Virus record (IMG/VR): IMGVR_UViG_3300020182_000022
Span: 18,262 to 82,261 of that record
Strand: one strand, 5' to 3'
Source of the DNA: a virus
DNA length: 64,000 nucleotides
The notes below the pieces were generated by a model. That model searched no databases and was not told the DNA's origin. It saw only the letters and a program-made list of their open reading frames with translations. Both the position numbers and the translations under genes were made by a program. Positions 18,955 through 29,209 of the stretch are shown here, one piece after another; positions within the stretch are counted from its first letter, which is position 1; the number at the start of each line of letters is the position of its first letter.

Positions 18955-19494
18955 TTAAAATCTTGTGGATCGTACAAAGTGGTAGTTGAGAGTACAAGTG
19001 AATGTCACTGGTGCTCCTGTTCCCGCTGCAGTGTAGGTCACTTCTCCAATTTCTTGAGGATAAGCGCCAACAAGCGTAAACTGTGCGACACGTTCTAGCT
19101 GTGTATCTAATTGTACCAAGTCAACAATCGATGTCTCCTTGGGCATATAGTAGTTACCAGTGCTTGTAGCGTCATCAAAGGTATCCTTACTCCATGTCAG
19201 TAAGAGATTACGAAGGCTGTCTTCGCGATCACTATAGAATGTGAGCGGATATGTTCCGGAGTATGAAGCTGCACCAGGTACTTTAAAGTTCATGCCCATG
19301 AATGCTACGTCGTGGTTAGCTACAGTACGACCTGGTATACTACCACCTTGGGCATACACTAGGTCATCCTCAGTGATAGCAAAAGCGCCATCTCCACTCT
19401 GAATGTTAAGTACTCTAAATTGGAAGTCACGACTGAAATCTCTTTCTTGTGCGACTCTATAGAAATCTGATATTGTTTGTCTTACGTCTGGCAT
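18955..19494 (-). CDS. gp19: Tail tube protein
   Basis: GSIPGRTV...VAFMGMNFKVPG...LTFY...VDLVQLD...LVGAYPQEIGEVTY; directly downstream of the sheath; late promoter CATAAGTA at 19504-19511. Confidence 0.9.
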   Translation of the reverse strand: MPDVRQTISDFYRVAQERDFSRDFQFRVLNIQSGDGAFAITEDDLVYAQGGSIPGRTVANHDVAFMGMNFKVPGAASYSGTYPLTFYSDREDSLRNLLLTWSKDTFDDATSTGNYYMPKETSIVDLVQLDTQLERVAQFTLVGAYPQEIGEVTYTAAGTGAPVTFTCTLNYHFVRSTRF

Positions 19495-19512
19495 AGCTTT
19501 AAATACTTATGG

Positions 19513-22500
19513 TTAGGACACTAATTCACTGAAGTCTTGACCGGTTCTAGTAGCATAAAAGTTAACTAGAATGAATTCCGCAGCGCGTGTAGGTTTGATG
19601 TAGATGTCTATGACAAGCTCATTGCGGTCAATAACATCTGGTGAATTGTTTCGTTCGTCGCAAACGAGCAAGTAATCGTACATACCTTGTGTGTTCTTTA
19701 CCTCCTCGAAGATTGGACGAAGAACGTTTAGTACTTGTGTCCGTGTGAATAATGTGTTCGGTTCGAATACGAAGTATTTAACTGTATTCATTGTAGCCTT
19801 TTGTAGGTATAAGAACAACCTTCTAACGTTGATACGATCGAAAGCACTTGGTTTAGCTTGCATGGTCTTTTGACCGAAGATTGCAAATCCTTCATTAGGA
19901 AAGTTAGCAACTGGATTCAATCCAATTTTGTATAACTGATCTCTTTCCTTCTGTTTTGGATAAAACGCAAGGTCTTGAATACCACTCACTAAGCCTCTTG
20001 TGAAACCTGCAGGTGCGATCCATGGATAGAAGTTACTATCTGTATTACCCATTGCGGCGGCAGCGAATCCACTCATCGGTACCCAAACGCCACGGTTAAG
20101 TGCTTTATCGTTTGTGAATCCCCAGTTAGCGTAAGTACAGCAATAACTACTGTTCTTAGTACCACCGGTCATCATGTGACGCAACGGCCAGTAAATGTGT
20201 TGTGAGAAGTTTACTCCGGATTCACGTTGCTGGCTTGTGAGAGTTTTACTATTTCTACCTTGAACAAAAATGTATCTCAATGGATCAGCGATAAAGATAT
20301 TGTCTTTTCTTGCGAATTGACTGAAACTCTTGAATGTATCGAAGATTGTGTCGTATTGTGTCAAGTAATTGATTTCACTTCTGTTATCAATCAGCTTGGT
20401 TGTATACAATCCACTTCCGCTCAATCCGGTGCTGCTAACTACATGATCTCCAATGTTGAAGAACTCTTCATCATCAAAGCTCTCAACTGTACCACCATCT
20501 GTACCGACATAAACTGTACCTAAACCGCTCTCAATTGTGATATCAATCGGGAATAGATCAAAATTGTCTGCTAGTTCGAAGATACGATCCAATTTAGCTG
20601 GGATATTACCAGTTTCTTTAGCTGCAGCAGCTTGCTTGCGATACACACCGTGAGGATACACATTATTACCGTGCTTGATTTGAGCTTTTCTAGAAGCTTG
20701 CAAGTCTTGCCAGGATTTGATGTATAGTCGGTCTTCTTTTTCTTCATTTCCGTTGAGGAACGCTTGAGCTACCTTAAAGTCGTTAACTTCTTGAGTTGTA
20801 TCTAATTTTTGATCTGATGTTAATTCATCGTAGTAACTTACTGATTTAGCTGGAAGTACTCTGATCTTACGGGTCGGATAACCATTCTCGTCTAACCAAT
20901 TTCCGGCATCTTTAGAGATACCTTCATTGAATTTCATGTAAAGGTTGTTACTATTACTAGCTTCACTCTCGATGAAGTAACTAGTAGCTGTACCGCCTGT
21001 GGATTTGAATGCTTCTCTAAAGTAATTAACACTACCAATAACACTATCAGCAACGAGATAATCGAGCTTAGTAGCATCAGGTTCGAGTGTTGATTGACGT
21101 ACTTTAAATACAGCGAGTGTTAACACATCACTGAACTCATCAGTATTGAGGTCGAATTCACTCAAGTTTTCTAGAGCTTCACTCATACTACCATCTAATC
21201 CTACTTGTTGTTTATTTCCGTATTGATCGAAGATAAATCCAGCACTAAGTGAGAAAGTTAAACGGCTTTTAACACCTGTATCAGGTACATTAACATACCC
21301 GCCAGTTGTTCCGCCTAGCTTTTTACTTAGCGATTTCAATTGTCCTACTGAATCAAAGTCTGTAGCAGGGTTCAAGTTAGTATTATCTGAAATACCGATG
21401 TAATAGCCTTCAAATTTCTCATTGAGAACAAATTTCTTGTCATTCACAATCATCATTCCTGCACCACCTTTTGTGAGTAAGTCATTGTAGGTTGTGAATT
21501 TTTGATTTTCTAGTTTACCAGCATTTGCTTGGCTAAGCTTTACTTCACCCTTGATGGTCTTCTGAAAATCATCGTTTGATAATTCGATGTTACTAGGCTC
21601 ACCTAGATAATAACGATCACTAGCACTCAAGTCCCATCCAACACTATTAACAGCGTCTGCAACTATGTCTGCAACATCTGCGATTTCATACGCATTTAAG
21701 GCTGGTATACTCAATGGGTTACCAGCCTCTGTTTCCGACCAGTATAGATTATCCTGTGAATAAGCGCTTACAGAGGGTATAGATGCGATGACGCTATCAA
21801 CTGCGTCTTTAAGAGTTGTCCCGACGTAACCTCCTGGATTAGTATCACCGAACTTCCACGCACTAGCTGGTACAACTTTTGTACTTAATCCAGAAGCAAT
21901 ACCTCCGGTGATGGTATAACTTTGATCACTCGATACCGAGTCATCGGCTTCAACTCCTTCAAGACCACCACCAAAAACTAAATTATCAGAGGTTATTAAA
22001 TCTCCACCTGACACCACTTGCACTTGTTCATCAGGACTAGCGGTTAAATTATGAGCGGCGACTCTTTGTGTGAGTGTTCCAGGCAATGAACCTCCATCAA
22101 GTACAAGAGTACCAGCTGCCGGTACGACTCCATGTCCTCCGATAACCGCGATATGGATTCCAGATACAGGTTGGTTATCAGGACCGTTATGGTCGTTTAC
22201 TATTTCCTGGAGCGTCTTGATACCGTCTGCTTCGACAGATATTGTTTCGACGAATTCATCAGTCACAAGCCACAAATTATAAGCATCATTTGATTTATAT
22301 TCTGCTTGCACACCATCTATCGATTGTAGTACGATACTATTACCGGCGAACCCGGGGGTTACTACTTCAACAATCATGTCTTCATTGATAGGTGTGTTGT
22401 TGTAACCAAAAGTGGTAGCTCTAACAGCTGGTGTGTCTTCTAATCCACCAGTTGCAGAGAGGTATGCTGAGAAGTTTTGGTTGATACGATTTACTATATC

Positions 22501-23325
22501 CTTGCCGGTTAAACGGGCTGCGGTAGCACCTATTCCAAACCCGGAGATAGGATCATAAATTGTTTCATTCTCCGGTTGGCTTGTGTATATATCTATATTC
22601 GTATTATTTAATTCTGTACCGGGAGTAACTGCAACAACACTTATGGTTGAACCAATGTTAACAGAAGCTGGTTTTGCGATAACGAAGTCTCCATCCTCTC
22701 CCCCTTTAAAAGTTATTTTTGTACCGGATTCTAATACAACATCTTGCCCAGATGTGAAGGTCACGTCTAATCCGGTCAGGACTTGTGATACTGACGATAC
22801 ACCATTAGCAGTAACTGAATAATTACTCTCAGCACCAGGGTTGTTAGCTGTAACACTTACACCTTTTTCAGGATTAGAGTAACTGCCGGCTTTCTTTCCG
22901 CTAGTATCGTTAGCACTCTTTGGGTGCCAAGCGATGATTCTTTCGTCTTTCTCGACTGAGTTGATCTCCGGGGCGGCTCCATCAACGATAATAGGACGAG
23001 GAATTACAGGATAAACTTGAACACTATATTTGTCTGCTACCGTCGCTCCGGCTCCTTGACCGTATGGTAATCTAGATACCAGGACGTTTGCAGGGCTTTG
23101 GAATACAGCCTTGACAGAATGATACATGTATCGCTCTGCAGCGTTTTGTGGGAGGCCATAAATTTGTTCGAATTCGCTCAAGCTGGACACCGTGAGTAAC
23201 TCATCGGTTGGTCCTTGATTCGCGAAACCGGGTATAAACACTGTTGTGCCTACGGGTAAATTAGGTCGTAAAGAAAGATCTACTTCCTTTATTTCTACTC
23301 CAGGGGATTGTATTGTTCTTGCCAT
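19513..23325 (-). CDS. gp18: Tail sheath protein, enlarged (1270 aa)
   Basis: SPGVEIKEVDLS...GPTDE N-terminus; PWIAPAGFTRG, GQKT, FDRINVRRLF, FEPN, IYIKPTRAAEFI C-terminus. Confidence 0.96.
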   Translation of the reverse strand: MARTIQSPGVEIKEVDLSLRPNLPVGTTVFIPGFANQGPTDELLTVSSLSEFEQIYGLPQNAAERYMYHSVKAVFQSPANVLVSRLPYGQGAGATVADKYSVQVYPVIPRPIIVDGAAPEINSVEKDERIIAWHPKSANDTSGKKAGSYSNPEKGVSVTANNPGAESNYSVTANGVSSVSQVLTGLDVTFTSGQDVVLESGTKITFKGGEDGDFVIAKPASVNIGSTISVVAVTPGTELNNTNIDIYTSQPENETIYDPISGFGIGATAARLTGKDIVNRINQNFSAYLSATGGLEDTPAVRATTFGYNNTPINEDMIVEVVTPGFAGNSIVLQSIDGVQAEYKSNDAYNLWLVTDEFVETISVEADGIKTLQEIVNDHNGPDNQPVSGIHIAVIGGHGVVPAAGTLVLDGGSLPGTLTQRVAAHNLTASPDEQVQVVSGGDLITSDNLVFGGGLEGVEADDSVSSDQSYTITGGIASGLSTKVVPASAWKFGDTNPGGYVGTTLKDAVDSVIASIPSVSAYSQDNLYWSETEAGNPLSIPALNAYEIADVADIVADAVNSVGWDLSASDRYYLGEPSNIELSNDDFQKTIKGEVKLSQANAGKLENQKFTTYNDLLTKGGAGMMIVNDKKFVLNEKFEGYYIGISDNTNLNPATDFDSVGQLKSLSKKLGGTTGGYVNVPDTGVKSRLTFSLSAGFIFDQYGNKQQVGLDGSMSEALENLSEFDLNTDEFSDVLTLAVFKVRQSTLEPDATKLDYLVADSVIGSVNYFREAFKSTGGTATSYFIESEASNSNNLYMKFNEGISKDAGNWLDENGYPTRKIRVLPAKSVSYYDELTSDQKLDTTQEVNDFKVAQAFLNGNEEKEDRLYIKSWQDLQASRKAQIKHGNNVYPHGVYRKQAAAAKETGNIPAKLDRIFELADNFDLFPIDITIESGLGTVYVGTDGGTVESFDDEEFFNIGDHVVSSTGLSGSGLYTTKLIDNRSEINYLTQYDTIFDTFKSFSQFARKDNIFIADPLRYIFVQGRNSKTLTSQQRESGVNFSQHIYWPLRHMMTGGTKNSSYCCTYANWGFTNDKALNRGVWVPMSGFAAAAMGNTDSNFYPWIAPAGFTRGLVSGIQDLAFYPKQKERDQLYKIGLNPVANFPNEGFAIFGQKTMQAKPSAFDRINVRRLFLYLQKATMNTVKYFVFEPNTLFTRTQVLNVLRPIFEEVKNTQGMYDYLLVCDERNNSPDVIDRNELVIDIYIKPTRAAEFILVNFYATRTGQDFSELVS

Positions 23326-23380
23326 AGTTAATTGCTGTTGAAATTATTTATGACTTCTCGGAGCTGTTTTCCGAAAAAGA

Positions 23381-23974
23381 TTACAACAAAATTGGCGTTA
23401 ATTTTGAAAATGAGAATTCAAATGTTGTATCTATGTTATCAGCTGTACGATAATTATAATCTATATTACCTAAACTGACCGGCAACAATCCTTCATAGTC
23501 AAATCTCATCGTTTGCTTGTTATACTCATCTAAGGCATACATGGTCGCGGTACCTTGGTATTGCTTGAACATTGATTCATCTAACCCTACACGTTTTTGC
23601 TTCATGAATATCGCATCTTTATCATCATTCAATATATCTAACCATTTCCAGATGACCCAATAGTTGTTGAACCTGTTGTCAATAGTAAAATTGACTGTCA
23701 CGTTATCATATGCTGGTCTGCTGTGTGTACTGAATTTGACGGCATGACCGGAATATCTAATCTCACCGGAGTCGACTCTAATACTAGGTACTACAGCTCC
23801 GTACACACTAAATTGTAGGGTATCTGGTATCACTCGATCATCCTGCCGGTTTTCAGGTAACGAGTATGCGATATCCTTCATTGCATCAGGCAATGTCAAG
23901 ACAAATACGAATTTATCTTTTTTGGCCTTGTTTAAAACTGATTGTTGTATATATTCCTTCATAAAGTCTCCCAT
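23381..23974 (-). CDS. Tail completion/tube terminator protein (gp3-like)
   Basis: LQFSVYGAVVPSI...YDNVTVNFTIDNRFNNYWVIWKWL...PVSLGNIDY. Confidence 0.7.
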   Translation of the reverse strand: MGDFMKEYIQQSVLNKAKKDKFVFVLTLPDAMKDIAYSLPENRQDDRVIPDTLQFSVYGAVVPSIRVDSGEIRYSGHAVKFSTHSRPAYDNVTVNFTIDNRFNNYWVIWKWLDILNDDKDAIFMKQKRVGLDESMFKQYQGTATMYALDEYNKQTMRFDYEGLLPVSLGNIDYNYRTADNIDTTFEFSFSKLTPILL

Positions 23975-25704
23975 CCTTGTTCCATCAAATCACTAACATC
24001 CCGATCATACAGAGGATTACTAGCTCCTCCATCCATATGCTCACTATCTATATATACGGGCAAAGTGTTCCACTCTTCTGTCATCATCTCGTCCCCATAC
24101 AAGTTTAATGTGTTACTGAACTGACGTAACCCAAAATCGAGTCTGGATATGATCGCAGGCTTCTGATTTTTATCAAATTGTTCGATTTCGAAATACTGTT
24201 CTGTTATACCTACTTCGAGTATCATCAATGACCATATCAAACTCATCACTCTATCATCTTGCACGTTTGTACCTTTGATAGCTTTCCATGTACCGTTAGG
24301 ATACCGGACAAATGTCTTCAATTCTTCTAGAGTTTGTGTGTCGTGTAGTGTCACTGCATGTAATTCACTCAACCAGTACTTCATGTTCATCACACCTTTA
24401 TATTTTGTGTTAGTATGCGCTATAACACCAGGTCGATCAGCTTGGACTGATTTACTCGGTGAGTAATTGACTATATTCTCATAACCATACACATTTTTTA
24501 ATGTGTCAACCACTTGAGCTCCGCAATTGTTACGCTCTATCAAAGCTGGTGGGTTACCCCATTGTTGTAGTATCTCTAACAATTTGGTCGTGAAGTTATA
24601 AGGACTGATACGGTCATTACAGTACACAGCCACTTGTTCAATGTCAGTCAGGTCAGTTATATCTAATATCTGCACCACTGTAGCAGCATCTCCAACTCCT
24701 TCAGATATATCAACTCCTATAGTGTATGTACGCTCTTCATTAGGTAATGACCACACTTTGTAGCTACCTTCATCGAATAAATGTTTAGGGTCTTGTAATG
24801 TAAGTGATGTTCTGCGGACCAATTCTTCATCAAGCACGCTTTCCCCTGTTTCAATAAACTGACAACCAAATTCTTGATCGAATATTTGACTACTACCTAA
24901 ACTCTGTATTGTGTCAGCTTTCCATTTCTCATCTCTGCCAGGTACTTCCCACCAATCAACTCTAACAGGAGTCCATCCATTCTTACCTTTCACTCCATTA
25001 CTATATAGATCATGGAATAAATTGCCGGTACCATTTGGGGTACTTGCTATAAAGATCTTACTCTTCTTACTACTACTGATGATAGGATATACTGATTTCC
25101 AGAATGCCTCAACTAAATGATTGTCAATAAATGCCATCTCATCCAATATCAACACATTACAACTGTCACCTCTACCAGCATCACTACTCGTTGTGGATAT
25201 ACCGATGCTACTACCATTAGATAACGTCATGGCAGTCTTGCCGTACTCCAACACACCAGGTTTGATCCAATTGGGTAACTGCTCATATGCTAATCTTATT
25301 CTTTTGAATATGTTGATTGCGGTTTGTTCTTTATTGGCCACAACTAAGATACGTTGATCCTCTTGAAAGCATGCGATCCAAAGAGCATATATAGTCATCA
25401 GAGTTGTTTTGCCTATCTGTCTAGATGCTAGTACAATATTGAATCTATTGTCACGCAAGCTTCTGAGAACCTTCTTCTGACACGGAAACAATTGAATTTT
25501 CTCCTTACCTCTGTCTAGATTGACGATGGTGAAGAAGTTCTCAGCGAAGTGGAGCAAGTTCTTCTTGCACTTCTTAAGACTGGCAACCATCTTTGGAGTC
25601 CACTCGAATTCTGCCCTATCTGTGGGTAGATTCTTGTTACCCATATATAAGTGTTTGGTTTTGTCTCCATTAAAGTTTGATTGAGGTTGGTGTTTACTGC
25701 TCAT
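23959..25704 (-). CDS. gp17: Terminase large subunit
   Basis: LFPCQ, ASRQIGKTT, LILDEMAF, ASTPNG, FDQEFGCQF, IGVDISEG, ERNNCG, DDRVMSL. Confidence 0.97.
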   Translation of the reverse strand: MSSKHQPQSNFNGDKTKHLYMGNKNLPTDRAEFEWTPKMVASLKKCKKNLLHFAENFFTIVNLDRGKEKIQLFPCQKKVLRSLRDNRFNIVLASRQIGKTTLMTIYALWIACFQEDQRILVVANKEQTAINIFKRIRLAYEQLPNWIKPGVLEYGKTAMTLSNGSSIGISTTSSDAGRGDSCNVLILDEMAFIDNHLVEAFWKSVYPIISSSKKSKIFIASTPNGTGNLFHDLYSNGVKGKNGWTPVRVDWWEVPGRDEKWKADTIQSLGSSQIFDQEFGCQFIETGESVLDEELVRRTSLTLQDPKHLFDEGSYKVWSLPNEERTYTIGVDISEGVGDAATVVQILDITDLTDIEQVAVYCNDRISPYNFTTKLLEILQQWGNPPALIERNNCGAQVVDTLKNVYGYENIVNYSPSKSVQADRPGVIAHTNTKYKGVMNMKYWLSELHAVTLHDTQTLEELKTFVRYPNGTWKAIKGTNVQDDRVMSLIWSLMILEVGITEQYFEIEQFDKNQKPAIISRLDFGLRQFSNTLNLYGDEMMTEEWNTLPVYIDSEHMDGGASNPLYDRDVSDLMEQGWETL

Positions 25705-25708
25705 TATC

Positions 25709-25722
25709 GATAAGTACTTATG
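25709..25722. promoter_or_regulatory. Palindromic bidirectional late promoter (ATAAGTACTTAT)
   Basis: Perfect 12-bp palindrome at 25710-25721 gives GATAAGTA on + (5 nt to GTG 25722) and CATAAGTA on - (10 nt to the terminase ATG at 25704). Confidence 0.7.
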
Positions 25723-26573
25723 TGAACGAATCTAGAGATACAAGGGACCTTGAACAAGTGTATGGTCGAATGATAACTGAAAGCGATGACAGCAAGGTAT
25801 GGAAGTCAGGAGACTGTCCGGAAGCCTTGGGTGATTCGCCACATGCTCAGGAGTTAAAACCTGATAATAACTGTTCCACCGGTGATGATGAGTGTATCAC
25901 TGGCGGAAAGCCTCTAAAACCTGAAGATGCTGGTGAGGATAACGCTTATTATATGAAGAAGATTTCAGAACGTTTAGACAAAAAGGACAAAAAACCTGGA
26001 AAAAACATTAAAGAGGGTATAAATAATTCCAGAACGATGAGCAAAAAAGATCCAACAAATATTTTCGACAAATTATACTCAACTATCATGGAAGGAGACG
26101 ATCCTTTCGCTGATCTTAACGGCATGGGGTCAGATGATGACTTCGGTGGTGAAGATGAATTCGGTGGTGAAGACGAAATGGGTGGCGATGAAGTCACATT
26201 AAGTCTTCCTAGAGAATTAGCTGAGCAACTTTTAGATACACTTAAAGCTGAGCTTGATGGAGGAGATGAGCTCGAAGACCTAGAAGACGAAGAGTCGATG
26301 GGCGACGACATGGATGACGAGATGTTAGGTGATGCTGTTGTATCAAAACCTGAGCCATCTGCTGCTTCTGATGGAGTTCCAGGGCTTACAGGTAAAAATA
26401 ACAAAACTTCCGGTAGTGGTTACTCTGCAAAGGGTGGATCTGCTGAAGGTGGTAAGATCAAAGAAGATCCAACACCTAAGCCTTTAGGCGGACACGGTGA
26501 TCGTGACCATCCAATGGCCGGTAACAAGAGTAACAAAGTTACTAACGGTAAATCTAAAGCTCTCGGAGACTAA
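25722..26573 (+). CDS. Acidic low-complexity late protein, possible prohead core/internal protein
   Basis: GTG start 5 nt after the late motif; D/E/G-rich; several (I/L/M)xE sites (ITE, ISE, IKE, IME). Confidence 0.6.
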   Translation: MNESRDTRDLEQVYGRMITESDDSKVWKSGDCPEALGDSPHAQELKPDNNCSTGDDECITGGKPLKPEDAGEDNAYYMKKISERLDKKDKKPGKNIKEGINNSRTMSKKDPTNIFDKLYSTIMEGDDPFADLNGMGSDDDFGGEDEFGGEDEMGGDEVTLSLPRELAEQLLDTLKAELDGGDELEDLEDEESMGDDMDDEMLGDAVVSKPEPSAASDGVPGLTGKNNKTSGSGYSAKGGSAEGGKIKEDPTPKPLGGHGDRDHPMAGNKSNKVTNGKSKALGD

Positions 26574-26600
26574 GAACAATTTAACTCCCCAAAATAAAGA

Positions 26601-26627
26601 AAGCCGTTCAATTGAGCGGCTTTTTTT
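26601..26627 (+). terminator. Rho-independent terminator
   Basis: AAGCCGTTCAATTGAGCGGCTTTTTTT hairpin plus U-tract; overlaps the next late promoter TATAAATA (26627-26634). Confidence 0.85.
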
Positions 26628-26640
26628 ATAAATACTGATA

Positions 26641-27033
26641 ATGATGCTATTTGAGAAAGCTTTCTGGACTCATATCAACGAGTTTGTCGATTTACAACAG
26701 AAGAAGAACGACGATGCTAAGAACCCATGGCACCGTAGACTTGATAAGCATGCTACTAGCAAGAGTCAGAATCAAGTAGCTGACAGATACAAAGGTAGAT
26801 ACACTGGTGAAGGTGAGTTTACCTACAGTGGTGAACTGGATAACAAGATAGAGTTGATAAGATCAGGTAGTTCAGCACTTCAGATATTGTCTGATGTTGA
26901 TTGTGATCATATACTTAAAAATTATCCAATTGATGAACTACCAAAAGACAAACCAAAGAGTTTGAGCAACTCAGGTATGATCGTTAGTTGGGATCCTATG
27001 AAGAGTGCTTTTATACTTCAACGTGATGAGTGA
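26641..27033 (+). CDS. Hypothetical late protein
   Basis: 130 aa; late promoter 6 nt upstream; N-terminus MMLFEKAFWTHINE. Confidence 0.7.
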   Translation: MMLFEKAFWTHINEFVDLQQKKNDDAKNPWHRRLDKHATSKSQNQVADRYKGRYTGEGEFTYSGELDNKIELIRSGSSALQILSDVDCDHILKNYPIDELPKDKPKSLSNSGMIVSWDPMKSAFILQRDE

Positions 27034-27766
27034 GTTTGACGATATATTTGCTGGTAGTAACAAGGGTCTTAGATTTTTAGATAAGAGTATATCTAAGAAC
27101 GAACAAGCCTTGTATAACGGTTGGTGGATGGAACAAATCTATCAATACGGTACAGTTGTAGATTATTATACAAACAACACAACACTCGAAACAATGGACC
27201 CGTTGTACGGAGAGGATCCAGTTCAAAAGTTTAGTGATCCTAAGAAGTTGATATTCGCTCTCACATTGAATGAGAATTCAGTTGTGTTACAAAAGTTTGG
27301 GTTAGTTGCTGATGACGAGCTTACTGGGTTTATTGCTATTGAGAGTTACACCTTAGCTATGAGCTCTGCTGAAAATCCAAACCCGGAGCCCAAGTCAGGT
27401 GATGTTTTAGAATTGACAGAGTTTGGTTGTACCAGACCAGGTGGAAGAGGAGCAAAGAAATTTGAGATTACAGATAGGTTAGATCAAGACGTCGAACAAT
27501 TAAATCCTTTACTAGGTCATTATGTGTGGTTGATAAAGGGTAAACGCTTCGATTATAGTTATGAGGATGGTATTGAAGCCGAACCGGCATTAGAGCAAGT
27601 TACTGACGACACATATCATGGAGGACTGAGCGGCGAGGATTATACTGATGAGACTGAGGATGATAGTTTATACTTCAATCAAGTGGATACCGCAGGTCGT
27701 AATATATTTGATTATAGTGTATATGGAGATTATGACGACATATACGGGGGATACGACGACGATTAG
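27026..27766 (+). CDS. gp14: Neck/head-closure protein (gp14-like)
   Basis: EQIYQYGTVVDYY...DPLYGEDP...KFG...DE...PKSGD; start reassigned to MSEFDD at 27026. Confidence 0.75.
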   Translation: MSEFDDIFAGSNKGLRFLDKSISKNEQALYNGWWMEQIYQYGTVVDYYTNNTTLETMDPLYGEDPVQKFSDPKKLIFALTLNENSVVLQKFGLVADDELTGFIAIESYTLAMSSAENPNPEPKSGDVLELTEFGCTRPGGRGAKKFEITDRLDQDVEQLNPLLGHYVWLIKGKRFDYSYEDGIEAEPALEQVTDDTYHGGLSGEDYTDETEDDSLYFNQVDTAGRNIFDYSVYGDYDDIYGGYDDD

Positions 27767-28092
27767 TCTGTTTGATCTTCGTATGCAGCACTATAATCAG
27801 GTAACTGCTCTCCCTTTGCTTCCGAGATAAACTTCTCCGCCTGACTAACAGTATCGAACAACAACTCTACGCGTGATCCGCTTCTGTCCGCAAAGACATA
27901 ACACACTTTGTCATCTTTGTTGTGTATACGAAGTAGAGAGTATTTTTCTCCGGCAGTTAGCTGGTCTCTCTGAGTCTTGAATCCAGAAACTCCGGAGCTC
28001 ATTTGTCTGATTTGTGAGCTGGTCATCCCAGGTTTGATCTTAGCTGATCCTCGAGATGATAGAGTTATTGTAGTGCCGGCTATATAGTGCAT
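27763..28092 (-). CDS. Hypothetical protein
   Basis: 109-aa ORF in a tightly overlapping minus-strand run. Confidence 0.65.
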   Translation of the reverse strand: MHYIAGTTITLSSRGSAKIKPGMTSSQIRQMSSGVSGFKTQRDQLTAGEKYSLLRIHNKDDKVCYVFADRSGSRVELLFDTVSQAEKFISEAKGEQLPDYSAAYEDQTD

Positions 28093-28355
28093 TGTTCTTC
28101 TTTACTGAGATCGTCTGCTATTTCAAATAACATGCTCTCTGTACGGTCATCAATATACTTTTGAATAGCGATCGGTTTGACCCAATTGATACTATCACCG
28201 GACTCTCCGAGCTGCTGGGCTTTCTGATCGATAATATCGACAGCCTCAATCAAGCTCAACCACCGGCATACTTCATACTCTGACATTACGTGTGAGACAC
28301 CCTTGGGTGTTGTTAGTTTAATCTTAGTTTCTTTATGTTTTTTTATATCAATCAT
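28080..28355 (-). CDS. Hypothetical protein
   Basis: 91-aa ORF overlapping both neighbours. Confidence 0.65.
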   Translation of the reverse strand: MIDIKKHKETKIKLTTPKGVSHVMSEYEVCRWLSLIEAVDIIDQKAQQLGESGDSINWVKPIAIQKYIDDRTESMLFEIADDLSKEEQCTI

Positions 28356-28779
28356 GGTAAAAATTCCGGATCACTTTAGTCATGTATCCTGCGAGTTTAG
28401 CTACGAACACCTTATCTACATCATTACTGTCGTATTGTTTGAGTCCTAATGTTATTAAATTGATTCCCTGACATAAGTTTTTGAAGTTTAATTTGTCAGT
28501 TGGTGACATGCCACTATCATTAGAGCAGTGATTAAAGGCCAGGTCATTCAAATTGTTTATCAGGTCTATATTACGATAATCTTCACTCACGGGTATATTT
28601 AAACCTTCATGAAACGCTTGCTTGCATTCATAGTCTTTTTCGTTAAAAAACTTAGACATCTTGTCTCTGAGTTCGAGATATGTCATTGGCATTTCATCTT
28701 CACTCAACATGACACTACTAGGATCCTTCGTGTTAGGTTGGTTGACGAGTTTGTTCTCTTCTGGTATACTAGGATTCAT
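28348..28779 (-). CDS. Hypothetical protein
   Basis: 143-aa ORF in the same operon. Confidence 0.65.
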   Translation of the reverse strand: MNPSIPEENKLVNQPNTKDPSSVMLSEDEMPMTYLELRDKMSKFFNEKDYECKQAFHEGLNIPVSEDYRNIDLINNLNDLAFNHCSNDSGMSPTDKLNFKNLCQGINLITLGLKQYDSNDVDKVFVAKLAGYMTKVIRNFYHD

Positions 28780-29209
28780 CGTCTTTGCTGATATCTTCTA
28801 TAATCTTACTAATCTTTGATGTATCTGCACCTACTGTAGTTTTCTGTGCTGTGGTCACATCAACGTATACCGAGTTTGACTTTCCACATACCTCACAATC
28901 AAAACTATTGTCGTCATCGAATCTTACTGGTATGAAAGCTGAGGCGTTACAATGTGCGCAAGTAACATCAGTACCTTGCATCGCGTACAACTCTAAACGC
29001 TTGGTCTCTTCGTTCATCATTCTGCTCTCCAATAGGAACCTAGCAATCGACTTCCAAACATAAGAAACAACAAACTGAATGCAAACTAGGGCAGTGAATG
29101 TCTCTATAACACCGGCACCAGTGAAGTAATTAATGATCGAGGTGAGTATACCAGCGATTATTAATGTCTTGCCTAGAGATGTTAGTATTTGTTTGAGTAT
29201 ATCAAGCAT
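28769..29209 (-). CDS. Membrane protein with C-terminal zinc ribbon
   Basis: Two hydrophobic helices, then CAHC...CEVCGK; start MLDILKQ at 29209. Confidence 0.7.
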   Translation of the reverse strand: MLDILKQILTSLGKTLIIAGILTSIINYFTGAGVIETFTALVCIQFVVSYVWKSIARFLLESRMMNEETKRLELYAMQGTDVTCAHCNASAFIPVRFDDDNSFDCEVCGKSNSVYVDVTTAQKTTVGADTSKISKIIEDISKDDES

